A DNA stretch of 64,000 bases. Origin: Octopus vulgaris. Lineage: Eukaryota. The notes under the pieces were generated by a model. That model was not told the DNA's origin, made no database searches, and was given only the letters and a program-made list of their open reading frames with translations. Below are positions 1 through 13,331 of the stretch, one piece after another. The stretch covers positions 17,360,001 through 17,424,000 of the forward strand of contig OX597821.1 in assembly GCA_951406725.2 (NCBI GenBank), in the 5' to 3' direction. Each line of letters begins with the position of its first letter. The first letter of the stretch is position 1. The position numbers and the translations under genes are program-made.

Positions 1-68
1 ATGCCACAGAAACCGGGAAACAGGGCCAATGAGCCTGGCTAGGCTTGAAAAGGGCGAGTAAAAAAAAA
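1..68 (+). mobile_element. 3' end of tRNA-headed SINE (family B)
   Basis: gccacagaaaccgggaaacagggcc..atgag.ctggctaggctt matches the tail of the SINE at 21999-22280; ends in an A-run. Confidence 0.75.
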
Positions 69-310
69 GATTACTGTCTTTGAAAGTCATTGGAATAGAT
101 ATTGTGCTTCCTCGACAGATTGGAAAGGTATTATTCACCTCAGATTGTATCATGGATAAATCAACAAGTTTATTGTTTTTCACATCAGACAAACAGCTAG
201 AAAAATAAGTCGAAGGAAATGAATATTTATGTATCGGTGGATATGTATAAGTTTATATGTATGTATATGCATACCAAACATATATATATATACACACACA
301 AACATGCATG

Positions 311-343
<33 letters not shown>

Positions 344-440
344 AGCTATGTATGTATGCATCTATATGAATATGCAGGCACACATTCAAGCATTTAAATA
401 AATATATGAAATATGAAATATATAAATAAATATATTGAAA

Positions 441-670
441 GGCGGTGAGCTGGCAGAAACGTTAGCACGCCGGGCGAAATGCGTAGCAGTATTTCGTCTG
501 CCGCTACGTTCTGAGTTCAAATTCCGCCGAGGTCGACTTTGCCTTTCATCCTTTCGGGGTCGATAAATTAAGTACCAGTTACGCACTGGGGTCGATGTAA
601 TCGACTTAACCCGTTTGTCTGTCCTTGTTTGTCCCCTCTGTGTTTAGCCCCTTGTGGGTAGTAAAGAAAT
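441..670 (+). mobile_element. Full-length tRNA-derived SINE (family A) with Tx1-like 3' tail
   Basis: A-box-like tggcagaaacgtta, B-box gagttcaaattcc, central gcctttcatcctttcggggtcgataaa..agtaccag; flanked by direct repeat gaaatatataaataaatatat (415-435 / 666-686); 3' tail matches the LINE 3' end at 35309/38839. Confidence 0.85.
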
Positions 671-1826
671 ATATAAATAAATATATGTGCATACTAAAGT
701 GTATGTATGTATGTGTGTGTGTGGTGTGGGAACAAAACCATATATGTATGCATGTATATCTGTTTCGAGCAGAGCAGTCAATTGCATCACTTAAGTTAAT
801 TAAACGAAACCGTTTCTCTTCACCTGTCTAGATTGATCATTGCGTATCCCAGTAAAAATCGGATTACAACGTTCGCCACTAAGAAAATTATTTTGTTTTC
901 TATGTATTAAAAGCAGCAAATACACAGCATATATTAAAGAATGAATGAAGTACTTGGCGATATTAATACTGACTTTTCAAATCTTTTTAGTATGGTTGTG
1001 TCTCAGGGAAATTAAATAAACGCAATGATGAAAAACGCAAGATATTTTATTTTATTTTTCAAAAAAATGTATTCTCACATTAATTAACTTTGCAATTGTC
1101 CAACTATCTTTGTCTAGTAAACCGCCAATTGTAATTTAAAGCAACATATGGATTTCCGTCTGAAATTTCAAGGATTTCCTATTAGAATTTGTATAACTCT
1201 ATAGGGTGCATGTATGGACGTGTGTTTAAGATCTTCGCTATTACGTCATTTCGCGTTTAGATCAGATTCATGACCGTTTGAGGAAGTGTTTTCTGCTAAT
1301 CCTGGTCAACAAACAGTTTGAGTTTTCACTATAGCTATGGGATTATTTTCATTGCGATTCTGCTTCCGAAGGAAGGTGGTTTTCGTTGTACACCCTGCAT
1401 GATAGAAAACAAAACCTGTCAAAATACTCAGTAGAGTTACGGTCATCCAACAACTGGGAGTGACAGAACCTTGGTCTTTACTGAGACATCTCTCTAGGAG
1501 AGAAAATTTTTAAGTAACGCCCGCTTAGTTGTGATACTGGAGATCTTGCTGTTGCTTGTTACTAGCCTAGTTGTATTTGTAGTTGCAGCCGTTCTCATTA
1601 ATATCTAGGATAAGATGATTTGTCAGCGATGGCCATACTCTTTAACATGTTCATTCGTGCAAACCTGTAGATGTCCATCACTCCTTAGTTGGAATTCTTG
1701 GAGCTTTAAGAGACTATTCTCCACCACTCCAAATCTCAGCCTCCGGCAAATATACAAGTATATACGCTTAGTATATGTGGTTAATAATGTTTCTTATGGT
1801 AGTGGTGCTTCTATTTCATATGTTTG

Positions 1827-1915
<89 letters not shown>

Positions 1916-1916
<1 letters not shown>

Positions 1917-2167
1917 GAGGCGCAATGGCCCAGTGGTTAGGGCAGCGGACTCGCGGTCGTAGGATCGCGGTTTCGATTCCCAGACCGAGCTTTGTGTGTG
2001 TTTATTGAGCGAAAACACCTAAAGCTCCACGTGGCTCCGGCAGGGGGGGTGGAGATCCCTGCTGTAGTCTTTCGCCACAACTTTCTCTCACTCTTTCTTC
2101 CGTTGGCCTGCTCGCTTAGCCAGCGGGGTGGCGTCATTTGAAGGGTAAAACAATGCGAAGCGCATTG
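1916..2167 (+). mobile_element. tRNA-derived SINE (family B head, tail variant 1)
   Basis: tggcccagtggttagggcagcggactc...gtttcgattcc (pol III A/B boxes); head nearly identical to the copy ending at 22834; follows a (TA)n tract. Confidence 0.85.
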
Positions 2168-2190
2168 GTCAGCTACATATAGATATATAA

Positions 2191-2226
<36 letters not shown>

Positions 2227-2522
2227 AAAGAATGTGTTTGTGTGGCGCACGCGTGCGTGTGTGTGTAAATGTGTTTTTTGGTGTCTATATGTATAACCTT
2301 TGTCAGCTAACTGGTCACTTCTCTTTTAACAGTCCTCGTCTTGGTTTACTTGGGAGACCAGAAACATGTTTCAGTGATATATATAAACGTATAAATACGA
2401 AAATATATGCAAATTTATAAATGTATATATATACTATATATATATATGTGTGTGTGTATGTGTGTATGTATGTATGTATTTATATATGCATACTTCTCCT
2501 CATATTTACATATGTGCGTGAA

Positions 2523-2606
<84 letters not shown>

Positions 2607-2781
2607 CATTCATGTATGTTTTCAAACACATTGTCAACATATTATGCAAGCTCTCTTGCTGAATCCATTAGTTTTAGTTGATCACACACACACCCATTGT
2701 TTAACAAGCGATAATTATGAAACAACAGAACAAGCTGTTCACTCGTTATTGACTCTTCTCACGGTCTGCTACTTATCTTAC

Positions 2782-2830
2782 CTCTCGGCCATCATTTTTC
2801 AATAATTACACAAGGGCGGCCATTTTGGTT
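2782..2830 (-). other. Candidate first exon of a host gene (ATG ATG GCC GAG AG|GTAAGA) with upstream YY1-like AAAATGGCCGCC
   Basis: Motifs read on the minus strand in non-repetitive sequence; no downstream exon identified. Confidence 0.25.
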
Positions 2831-3368
2831 CCACAGTCGAGTGTTTATATTTGCTTTTTCTTACTTTTCACTCTTATTTTCGTTTGTTTGTTTTAGTACT
2901 TTTGCTTATTTCGAGAGTTGTTTCTACCTTTCGATGATCTTTGCTTCTGTTACGGTTTGTTTTAATTTTCTTGTTATTCTTTGCTTTATTTTTTTTTTCA
3001 ATTTGTTATTTTAAAAGTTTGTTCAAGTTGTATAATTCCCTGTAAGCAATCTGATTAAACAATTTGAAATGAGGGTATACATCTCTTACCAGGGGTGATA
3101 TAAATGAACGTTCGTGTGGCATGAAGTTTAAATTAAATGAAAATCTGAAAAATCAATCTGTTTTGAGAAGAGTAAATGGATATTGTTTCTTTTTGGTTTC
3201 AGGTCGTTTATTTTTATATTACTCAATTGTTTATTGGCGTTATTCTTGTTCTTATTCATATTCTTCGTGTTTTCACGTAACGTTTTAGATTTTCTTCCAT
3301 TTCCACTCCGAATAATAACATGTTTCTTCCCCACTCTCGAATTCCCTCTCTGTCGATCTAGTTGCAAG

Positions 3369-3708
<340 letters not shown>

Positions 3709-4429
3709 TCATCTATACCCTCATCTATCACTGTCACTCCATATCTGAATATGTATTTCTCAACGGCTTTCTCTCCATGTTTTTTCTCTATCTCTCCTCT
3801 CTGTCACTATTGCTATCACTCTCCCACTACCTTTCTTTTTCTCTTACTGGGTCTGGATATCACTTTTTTTTTCTCTTTCTTCATTTTTCATAGATTTTTA
3901 CGATTCCAGGTATAAGAGAAGACAATTGACAGGAACTAGAGTTAAAAGGTGATACAACTAACACATCCAAGCCATGCTAATATGAAAAATCGATAAACTA
4001 ATATGGCAGAGTGGAGAGTGATATAAAAGAAGGGGATGGTGTAGACGCAGAATGGCATTTTGTCATGGCATCTGATTCGAAAACATGTTTGACAATTGTC
4101 TAGAATATTCTTAGTATCGAGAAGTGTATACCGAGCACAGCTTTTGGTTGACGTTAGTAGGGCACATGATGTTTTTATTTCCAATAACAAATTCTTGTTT
4201 ACCATTTAACTACTGATCTGAGAGAATGGTCAGAAGAAATGGCTTTTGTATGATTTACGTCGTTTGTTTTGTATATTCTCATCTTAGTCCGCATCATTTT
4301 ATTTTCTGTTCGAGCCATTTGCTATATCTTTAAACCAATTTAACAACTATTGGTTGCTTTGTAATAGAAAGCATTATTTTATACTGCTTATAGTTTCTTG
4401 CTATTGTCGACGTCATCGTCATCGTCGTG

Positions 4430-4566
4430 GTTTTGTTGTTGTTGTTGTTGTGGTGGTGGTGGTGGTGATGGTCGTCGTCGTCGTCGTGGTCGTGGTGGTC
4501 GTGGTCGTGGTGGTCGTGGTGGTGGTGGTGATGGTGGTGGTTTTGTCGTCGTCGTCGTTGTTATTG
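4430..4566. repeat. (GTT/GTG/GTC)n trinucleotide repeat
   Basis: Direct reading. Confidence 0.9.
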
Positions 4567-6363
4567 TTTAGCTCCAAGCCAATCTTGAACAACTTGCTGA
4601 CGAATAAAGAAAGGCATTCAAGGCAGTGCCTATCCCATCTTTCTCTCTAATATCTACGACTACACTGCCGAGATTGCGCACCTTTTCTTTATTACGTGTT
4701 ATCTGAGGAGATCCTGAATGCCTTTTTGTTGTGAGTTAAATGACATGTTGAGGCGCTTTTGCGTTCGTTCACTGTTGATGATATTCATACACTACCTCCA
4801 CCACCTTCACACAGAAATTTTGCTTCCACTTTACAAATATCAACGCACTGCAACCACTAGCTAAACGACCTATTGGTGAAAAGTTGGTGGGGCCCATCCT
4901 TTCTCTTCCTCTCCACCTGCTTCCAGAAACCACCCTTCTTACCCTGAGCAAATAAAATGTGTATCACCCTTTGTTAATCTTAGTGAATCCAACTATTTCT
5001 TTTTATCTCTTCATTTTTACTATGACCCACCCAACATAATCCGCACTAAACACTTTTTCCCAATTGCCATAAAATTACACTAAAAAACCTCCATACTAAA
5101 AATAACAAGATCTCTCTCGAATCACCTTAAATATGAAATGACACATTGGATAATGCAGTCACAACTAGAACGCAAATGAATAACACATTAGATAATGTAC
5201 TCCTGCATACAGCATAAACGAAGAATACTTTAAATGCTGAGGTGTTACAAGCATTATAAATAAAAGCCACTTTAGAAAATAGAGTCCTAGTTTTTTTTCC
5301 TGAGTAACATATTAAACTGCATCCGTTGGTGGGGCTCCAGTTCGAAAATTCTGGATTTGGAAGAGTGTGGAGTTACACTTTGACTGTCACTTACACTCTG
5401 GATATCACTCCCAGATTAGTTCAGCTTAGAGTGGTAGCATCTGTAAGGGATCTCAGTTATGGATCAAATAACAGAATAAGGTCATGTAACTAAGAATTAT
5501 AGAACTCGGGGAAGGACAAGTCATAGACATGTGTCACAAAGGTCTATTAGTGTACGGAAATATCTTGACTTCACAAGAACCAGTCCAATTAATTAAGAAT
5601 TACACAGGGCCTATACATTATGAAGAAAGTCGGTAGAGCAAACACCTGGTAGAGTAAATAGTAAATAAACTGACAGAAGACAACACAAACAATATCTTTC
5701 CCAAGAATAGTCATGAATCTTCAGACTTTGGTATAGTAGCATATATTTGTTGATGCTTGTAGGCATGGTACATGAAACGAGTCTTAGATATACATCGTGT
5801 GAATAGAAGATATGTGAAACCTTTCTGAAAATAGATATGTTACATCCGGGTTGACACTGGGTTAAATAACACCAACACCCTTCTAAAGTTCGACCCTAGT
5901 TTTAACCGATCAATCTGATCTATTATAAAGAGTCAGCAACTCTAAAGTATATGACCTCTCTTTCTTTAATTAGATAATACAAAAGTACATTCTATCGCTC
6001 AGATACATCAATTCCTAAATTCCAGAATGTTTAATTAATAGACACCTGTTTTTCGCTCATGCATTCTTTAACTCTAGAAAGATGCTATTGAAAATCAGCA
6101 TCATAATTTGAATTTGATTTTAAGTTATCTGGCCGAATTGGATAATTTTCACCACGTAAGTAATTATGCAATGAAAGAGAAAGAAAATCTTGTCACAAAC
6201 ATGCAGGACTTGAACTTCTGACATTCTAAACGAGTTCCAAATTCGAAGCATATAAAGAAACTAATGAGTGATATATCCTTGTCGGAGACGCAGATTCACA
6301 GAAAGTGGGGCGGACAAATATAAAAGATACAGACATGCATGCATATATACATAGACAGGTTGT

Positions 6364-6452
<89 letters not shown>
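6364..6452. repeat. (GATA)n microsatellite, uninterrupted
   Basis: Direct reading. Confidence 0.95.
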
Positions 6453-6511
6453 CAATAAATCCTGACATCGGAACTAAAAACTGGCACACTTTTACTTTTT
6501 TAATAATTAAC

Positions 6512-6542
<31 letters not shown>

Positions 6543-6651
6543 CATGCATATATATATTTATATGTAGACACACACATATATATATATACACACACAAACA
6601 TATATAAATGTGTGTGTGTATATATATATATACGTGTATGTGTGTGTATGT

Positions 6652-6699
<48 letters not shown>

Positions 6700-7039
6700 G
6701 TATATAGAGTCGTATGTGTGTAAGCAAGTATGCGTGTGCTTGTATGACTGCATGTGATTATCTATTTATATTTATCATCAATAGCTTTATCCGACTCACG
6801 TATTCCTTTTCTTACGGTTCACCAAAGATCTTTGCCATTTAGCAAATAATAGAAAATTATCCCTCATATTCAGTTTATTTTTTAGTACCATTTCCGTTAC
6901 ATTAGATTCCATCCATGCTAATATAATGGCGACTGAACTTTTGAAATTCCAACGCGTCTTACCGTTATCGTCGTCGTCGTCTTTGTTGTTGAATTACTTT
7001 GGTTATTTTATTGCTATTACTGTTGTTAAGAAAAAAATA

Positions 7040-7190
7040 GTGATGGATTGGCAAACATGGTAAAGTGTTAGACTAAGTTCGTTATCGTATATGGTTAAGA
7101 TAAGGCGTGTTTAATGGTGTGGTTTCAAATCTGGTCAGGTAATGATGTTAAGCCTTCATCCGTCCCAAGGGCGATAACTGATGTACCGTG
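7040..7190 (+). mobile_element. Highly degenerate family A SINE fragment
   Basis: ttggcaaacatggtaaagtgttagac...ggtttcaaatctgg...agccttcatcc..gataa..gtacc parallels 441-580. Confidence 0.45.
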
Positions 7191-7209
7191 CGTATCTTGG
7201 GAGAAATTG

Positions 7210-7600
7210 ATATATATTAGCGGCAGAGGCATTATTAATTCGAGAAGCAATATCTATTCCTTTTTAAACGTGGATGTTCTGTGAAGACAAATTATTCTGC
7301 ATTAGACACCTTGAGAGAAACTCATATTAGTTGTTGATGCAAAATGCTCTCTTGAACAAGAATGCATTTTGCACGAAAATCGAATCTGAGAGTTTTGGTA
7401 TCTACTATAACTGCAGTAGATACCATGAAAGAAGCTCTCATGCTGGCTGTCGGTGCAAAATGCACGCTTGTTAGCTGTATAAACAAGAGGGCATTTTGCA
7501 GCAAACTCCAATATTAGAGTCTTTTTCATGGTATCCACCGCAACATAGTTCATTCTAACAAAACATCTACGTTTATGTAGGGATAAATATTACCTCGCGG
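7210..7600. mobile_element. Foldback/MITE-like repeat, copy 1
   Basis: Start tatattagcggcagaggc shared with 8559; internal inverted modules (gtagataccatga...tgcaaaatgc vs gcattttgca...tcatggtatc). Confidence 0.5.
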
Positions 7601-7924
7601 AGGAAATTCAATCTAACCATCTTCAACGAATATGTCAATATGTGTTGATACAAGAAATCTTCCTAACTTTTTGCCTGTCCAAAGCATTTTCATAAGTTTG
7701 TCCAAAATGTCCATGCTTGTTTTCAAGTTTTAGTTAATCCTTGTTTAATGTGTTCTGAAAGATTCAAAGCTTTCATTTTCCTAAGTCCCAAGTTACTCTG
7801 CAGCTTGAAAGGAATTGAGAACTTGAATCATATATGATGCATGGACGCCAGAGAAATATGTCCTGTGTATCACATGTGATACACAGGACAGGCAAACGGC
7901 TAATACTCACAAAATGTGAACCTT

Positions 7925-8064
7925 TAAGGATTGGTAGTATCGTTAGAGTGTCAGACTACGTACCTTCATATATTTAGTGAAAACCTTAGGTTCTGAGTTC
8001 GAATCCTGCTGATGCTGAATTTTGCCTTTCATCTATCCAGATCGATGACAAAATATAATACCAG
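7925..8064 (+). mobile_element. Degenerate family A SINE fragment
   Basis: ttggtagtatcgttagagtg...ttctgagttcgaatcc...ttttgcctttcatc...ataccag. Confidence 0.6.
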
Positions 8065-8556
8065 CCATGAACTTTTGTCGATATAATTGATAGTCTTTTC
8101 CGTTAAGAACCGTGGATTTAGGGTAAATTTGAAATTACATTTTATATAAACGAAAACCACGTTAGATATTCTGATCGTAGATTTAAGAGTTCTCTCGAGA
8201 AGGTCTTCCCAATGCAGTCTACTTGTTAGTGGAACATCATTAAGATAAATGGAAATGTCGAAGCTTAAATATGTAGAGGCCGTATTCACGAGCGATGGGA
8301 TGCAGGAAGCTGAATTAGGATCACGGTAATGCACCACCTCCAGCATTAAAAAACCGAACTTTCTTCAATCCAGTTTTCGTGCTTATCCTCACTTATGTAC
8401 TACCGTGAATACAAGCGGTTGAAATAGGGTTCCTCCGAGGATTTCTAGAGTAACGTTTTTCGTCAGGGAGCGTGGTTTGGAGATCCAAGTCTAGTCGTTA
8501 AATCTCTGCACCAAGAGATCACAGCTCTGATACAAGGGGCGTGTGATTAGACTATA

Positions 8557-8790
8557 TATATATTAGCGACAGAGGCTGTATTAATACGGAGAGGTAGTAT
8601 TTATCCCCATCTAACAGAACATCCACGTTTAAGACAGGAGATGGCGTTGATTTCTCTCTCCACTAGTGATATAAACCAGCGTGCATTTTGCACCGAAAGC
8701 CATTATGAGAGGTTCTGTCATGGTATCTACCGCAGTAAAGTTTATTCTACCAGTACATCCACGTTTAAGTCAGGATATATATTACCCATG
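8557..8790. mobile_element. Foldback/MITE-like repeat, copy 2
   Basis: Same modules as 7210-7600, some in the opposite orientation. Confidence 0.5.
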
Positions 8791-9579
8791 TGATTAGAAT
8801 GTCACAGGAAACAATCGCAAGATGGATTCTTTAAACCAGTAGGACACCTAGGAATAGTCCGAGAATAAGATGTTTGAATAGTATTCATAGCCTCGAGCCT
8901 CGTTTAGTTACACTAGGGAATCCAACCAGGAAGTGGAATAAGAGTTGCTTCTAATAGGACCCTATGGAGGAGGTGCCTGAGGACGCTACCACCACGACTT
9001 CGCAGGAATAGTGGTTGTAAAACAAATGGATGGATAGATGAAACACGAAAAGGAAGAGTAAGTTCTTCTGGAATGCTGTTAGGTTTTCGCTCTACTTCAT
9101 CACAGCTGACATGGACCCTTTTGATTATTATTCTTTTCTGGTGGACCCTATAGCTATTTGATATTAAAAACTAGATTTATAAAAACTTTCTTTCAAAATT
9201 CCTGATTGTTTTTCGCACATTAATTTGTGTAGGTTGGAACTATGTAAAATGCTCGAGAAAGAAGCCTAGTTTTTTTTTGCAATACATACCAATACATACT
9301 TCGAAGACAAATTCTTTTTCAAGTGTCTTTAAAATACTATTCTGGGTCTCCAATTTACTCTTTTGTTGCGTAACCCCCCCCCGCCAAATCCTATATTGAC
9401 GCTAGAGAACCACTGGACTAAGCAATGATTTTAAACTTTACTTTACTCCTTTCTATAATCAACTTTACCATGATCTCTGTGAAACCAGTCAAATACTAAT
9501 GTGAGTAGCCCAATTCTTTACAAAATTGTAGTCTAGTCAAAAGAATATTTTTTATTGATTTTCCTTCTTAATACCAATA

Positions 9580-9646
<67 letters not shown>

Positions 9647-10329
9647 CGTTATTATTCTAATCTGCTGACTTTGTAATTGTTATATACGCGACAATAGATT
9701 AATTAAGTTAGTCAAAGTATGGAACTTTAAAATTCAGAAGTTCTGCAAAAACGGCCGACTAGCAACTACAGTAATTGATAAATGTGCAAGCCAGGAAAAA
9801 ACATTATGATCTATGTTTATAGTTACGAATAATTCATGTTTTGCTTCTCTTTTGTTAATCTGATATTTTATGATGAATAGAATGTCACGTAAAATACGAA
9901 ATTTATGATTATGAATTGAAATGGTTGTGTAATAGAATACATATATAAATCAAAATATGAGCCTGTATTTTGGAGATATAGCATAGATTTTATATGCATA
10001 AAGAGACGTTTTATGAGTATATAAAGCGCTATTTAAGTAGGTAGTAATAAATAAATATTTTTGTAAATTTGAACGTAACATAGACTAATATAGATTTAAT
10101 TATTGCTGAGCAGACTTATCACCAACGGCGTTCTAGCAATGGTTAACCCATCTTTATTTTCACACAGTGTATCGAAAACAATGTTAATTCACCTTTTCCA
10201 AGATGTAAGGTATGACTTGAGGGAAGTCTGGATGATATTTTAACTTTCTCACTGTTATTCAAGGGATTATACTTGTAGGTGTATACTTACTCTTATGTTT
10301 GTTTTAATCTCTCTCTTCTCTATTCTCTC

Positions 10330-10732
10330 TTGGGCCTTGACGAAGAGAGAAGAACAACATCGGCTTACGGCACTTAGAGCCATGCAATGTTGGAAATCTC
10401 GATAAGAGATCACATCCGGAACCAGCAGATCAAGGAAGGATAAAACTGGAGTGAAGGACGTCGATGCAAAATACTACCACGCAAAGCTACGATGGGCCGA
10501 TCATGTTACAAGGATCACTGACGATCGGTGGACCTGTGCAGTTGTTGAGTGATACCCGCGCGAACGGAAGAGACCATTCGGGAAACTTCCCACCAATCAG
10601 GTGGGAAATGATTTAAGAAAAATGTTTGGAACAACGTGGAGGAGAATGGCGAGAGCACTAGTGGAACAACTGCTGTGGCCAGCGGAGACGACTCGGCACC
10701 AGACAGCCTGGTTGATCCAGGTGATTCAGGTA
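10330..10732 (+). pseudogene. 3' fragment of an RTE-type LINE ORF2 plus tail
   Basis: Frame-disrupted translation ISIRDHIRN..KTGVKDV..KLRWADHVTRITDDRWT...YPRERKRP is typical of RTE-clade C-termini. Confidence 0.7.
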
Positions 10733-10769
10733 ATTAGTTTGAATCATTGGAATGTGGCTATACAAAAAA

Positions 10770-10867
10770 TAAATCCTGGGGTCGATTTGTTCGACTAAAG
10801 GCGGTGCTGGAGCATGCCCGGAGCATGCCCGGAGTCAAATGGCTGAAACAAGTAAAAGAATAAAAGA

Positions 10868-10868
<1 letters not shown>
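10770..10868 (+). mobile_element. 3' fragment of family C SINE
   Basis: ggggtcgatttgttcgactaaaggcggtgct...gtcaaatggctgaaacaagtaaaaga. Confidence 0.8.
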
Positions 10869-10964
<96 letters not shown>

Positions 10965-11052
10965 CGACGTGAATATACATATGTGCATATGAATTCATGT
11001 ATGTGTGTTTGCGCGTGTTTATATACATACATACATATATGCATACATGCAT

Positions 11053-11123
<71 letters not shown>

Positions 11124-11199
11124 CATACGCACATACATTCATACATACATACATACATACATACATACATACATACATACATACATACATACATACATA

Positions 11200-11457
11200 C
11201 GGGCTGTGTTGTGTTCTTGTGCAAGTCATTTTATTTCATGTTGCTCCAGTTCGCTCAGCTGTGGAAATGAGTTGCGACGTCACTGTATCAACCTTCGCCT
11301 TTCTCTTGGATAACATCCATGGCATGGCAAGAGAAAGCTGGTATGCATGGGCGACTGCTGGTCTTACGAAAACAATCTTGCCCGGACTTGTGCCTCGGGG
11401 GGAACTTTCCAGGTACAATCCCATGGTCATTCATGACCAAAGGGCTCTTTGCCCTTT
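11200..11457 (+). mobile_element. SINE body (family D, related to B), head missing
   Basis: gggctgtgttgtgttcttgtgcaagt matches the minus-strand head at 15683-15785; ttgctccagt..ctcagc matches 60500. Confidence 0.6.
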
Positions 11458-11472
11458 TCATTCACACACTAA

Positions 11473-11567
<95 letters not shown>

Positions 11568-11570
11568 CAT

Positions 11571-11875
11571 AGTAAATAGGGTAATAAAAATAAATTATTA
11601 TTACCAGTGACCTAGCACAAAAGACGAATTAGTCGTTAGACTATATGTTATTCAAATATAAATACATTAAAAGGCTTCCAAATAAAGAAGCGAGTGCTAG
11701 ATACAACAAAAAGGGGATGAATTCATGAAATGGAATGAAAATCAAAAACGTTTACCAACTCAGCTAATCCTGGTTAGCTGAGTTGGTAAACGTTTTTGAT
11801 TTTCATTCCATTTCATGAATTCATCCCCTTTTGTTGTATCTAGCACTCACTTCTTTATTTGGAAGCCTTTTAATG

Positions 11876-11884
<9 letters not shown>
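11571..11884. repeat. (TA)n-flanked element with near-perfect ~112-bp-arm palindrome (11656-11884)
   Basis: Arms are reverse complements around the loop tcctgg (11768-11773); 5' part resembles the repeat unit at 28795. Confidence 0.9.
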
Positions 11885-11930
<46 letters not shown>

Positions 11931-12174
11931 TCAGAAAAGCATTCGCGACGAATAAATATAAACATATATACATGAGTGCATTGCATTCTATCTGCTAGAA
12001 GAAACATCACGGCTTAATTTTTTACTCTTTGTCATTTTAATTTCTTATTACTGCTCCGTACTCGAGTGATGCTTTGTTCTTAAGCATATGTATAATGAGT
12101 CCTAGGAACAAGTTATTAGTATTGCTATGCCTAAGCAAAATTGATATTAGAGTGTGTGTGTTTTTTAGGTGGAG

Positions 12175-12310
12175 TTACGAATTCAGGAGGACGATTGGGA
12201 TCACGTGGATGAGAAAGGCGCGATCCAGAGAGGAGTAGACAGCGTGCTGTGACCAGCGGTGTCAAATGGACGCCTGACGGACTGGTCGGTCAAAGTGATC
12301 AAAGTGATAC
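12175..12310 (+). mobile_element. 3' tail fragment of an RTE-like LINE
   Basis: Resembles 10615-10732 (acgtgga.gagaa.ggcg...tgctgtg.ccagcgg...gtgat repeats). Confidence 0.45.
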
Positions 12311-13267
12311 GTGATTTCGTATTCGTCTTCATATACTATTTTCTGTAGGTGTTTTTATATATATGCACTAATGTTAAAAGTTTGGAGAGGTGAGTTTAGA
12401 TAGACTTCTTTGTAAGCTTTCTAACACACATAAGCTATGAAACCAAGTTTCTTGTACGGCTCGCATTTGCATGCATGCTTGTGTACATATGTGTGTGTTG
12501 TGTTTCGTGTATCTATATAAGTGCAATTATGCATAAAAGTGTCTCCGCGCGTTCCACACGCGCGCGCGCGCATACATATTACTTGAATTTTCACATAACC
12601 TTTTAACTTTGGACCTCCTCAGCTATGATTTTCCCTTTCATATTAGATTTTACTTTTATATTCGTAGGTGTTTATATTCTTCATTTTTACTTTTATTTTT
12701 ATTTTTACTTATTTATTTATTTATATAATTTTCTTTTTGCATTCTCTATTTAGCACCAACGACAACAGTTTTACTAAAAATCCTCATCAAATTTTTCCCC
12801 TTTTCAATTATGAATGACTATTTCGGTTCAACATTATATGGCCTTCTAAATTCAAATGCAAATTACAGTCCTCAGTTACTTTCAAAACAACAATTATTTC
12901 CCGGTTTTTTCTTCGTTTTTTTCCATTCACATTCTTCTTCTCGCATCTATCAGATAAAGCGCATTCGCGATTCTATAAATGAAAATTCAGGTTAACTACC
13001 AATTATCTGAAAGTAAAATAAACTCACCAATATAGATCAATTCCGACCACATTTATACTGAATATTTGGAAAGATTCTTGTATAATTATCTGTAAATTGT
13101 GTATTTTGATCACTAATTGATTACACTGCAGGAAGCGAAATTTGATGTCTCATAAACTTATATGTTTAATAAATCTCTTCGTCAGTAGATGTTTGTTGTT
13201 TCGTCTATCTTAATAACTTAAACAAAATCACGTGCACACTCACACACACAAAATAAGCACATACATG

Positions 13268-13331
<64 letters not shown>

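Noticed and set aside
1916-1990. Functional tRNA genes at SINE heads
   Set aside because: They continue into repeated SINE bodies and no complete cloverleaf was evident
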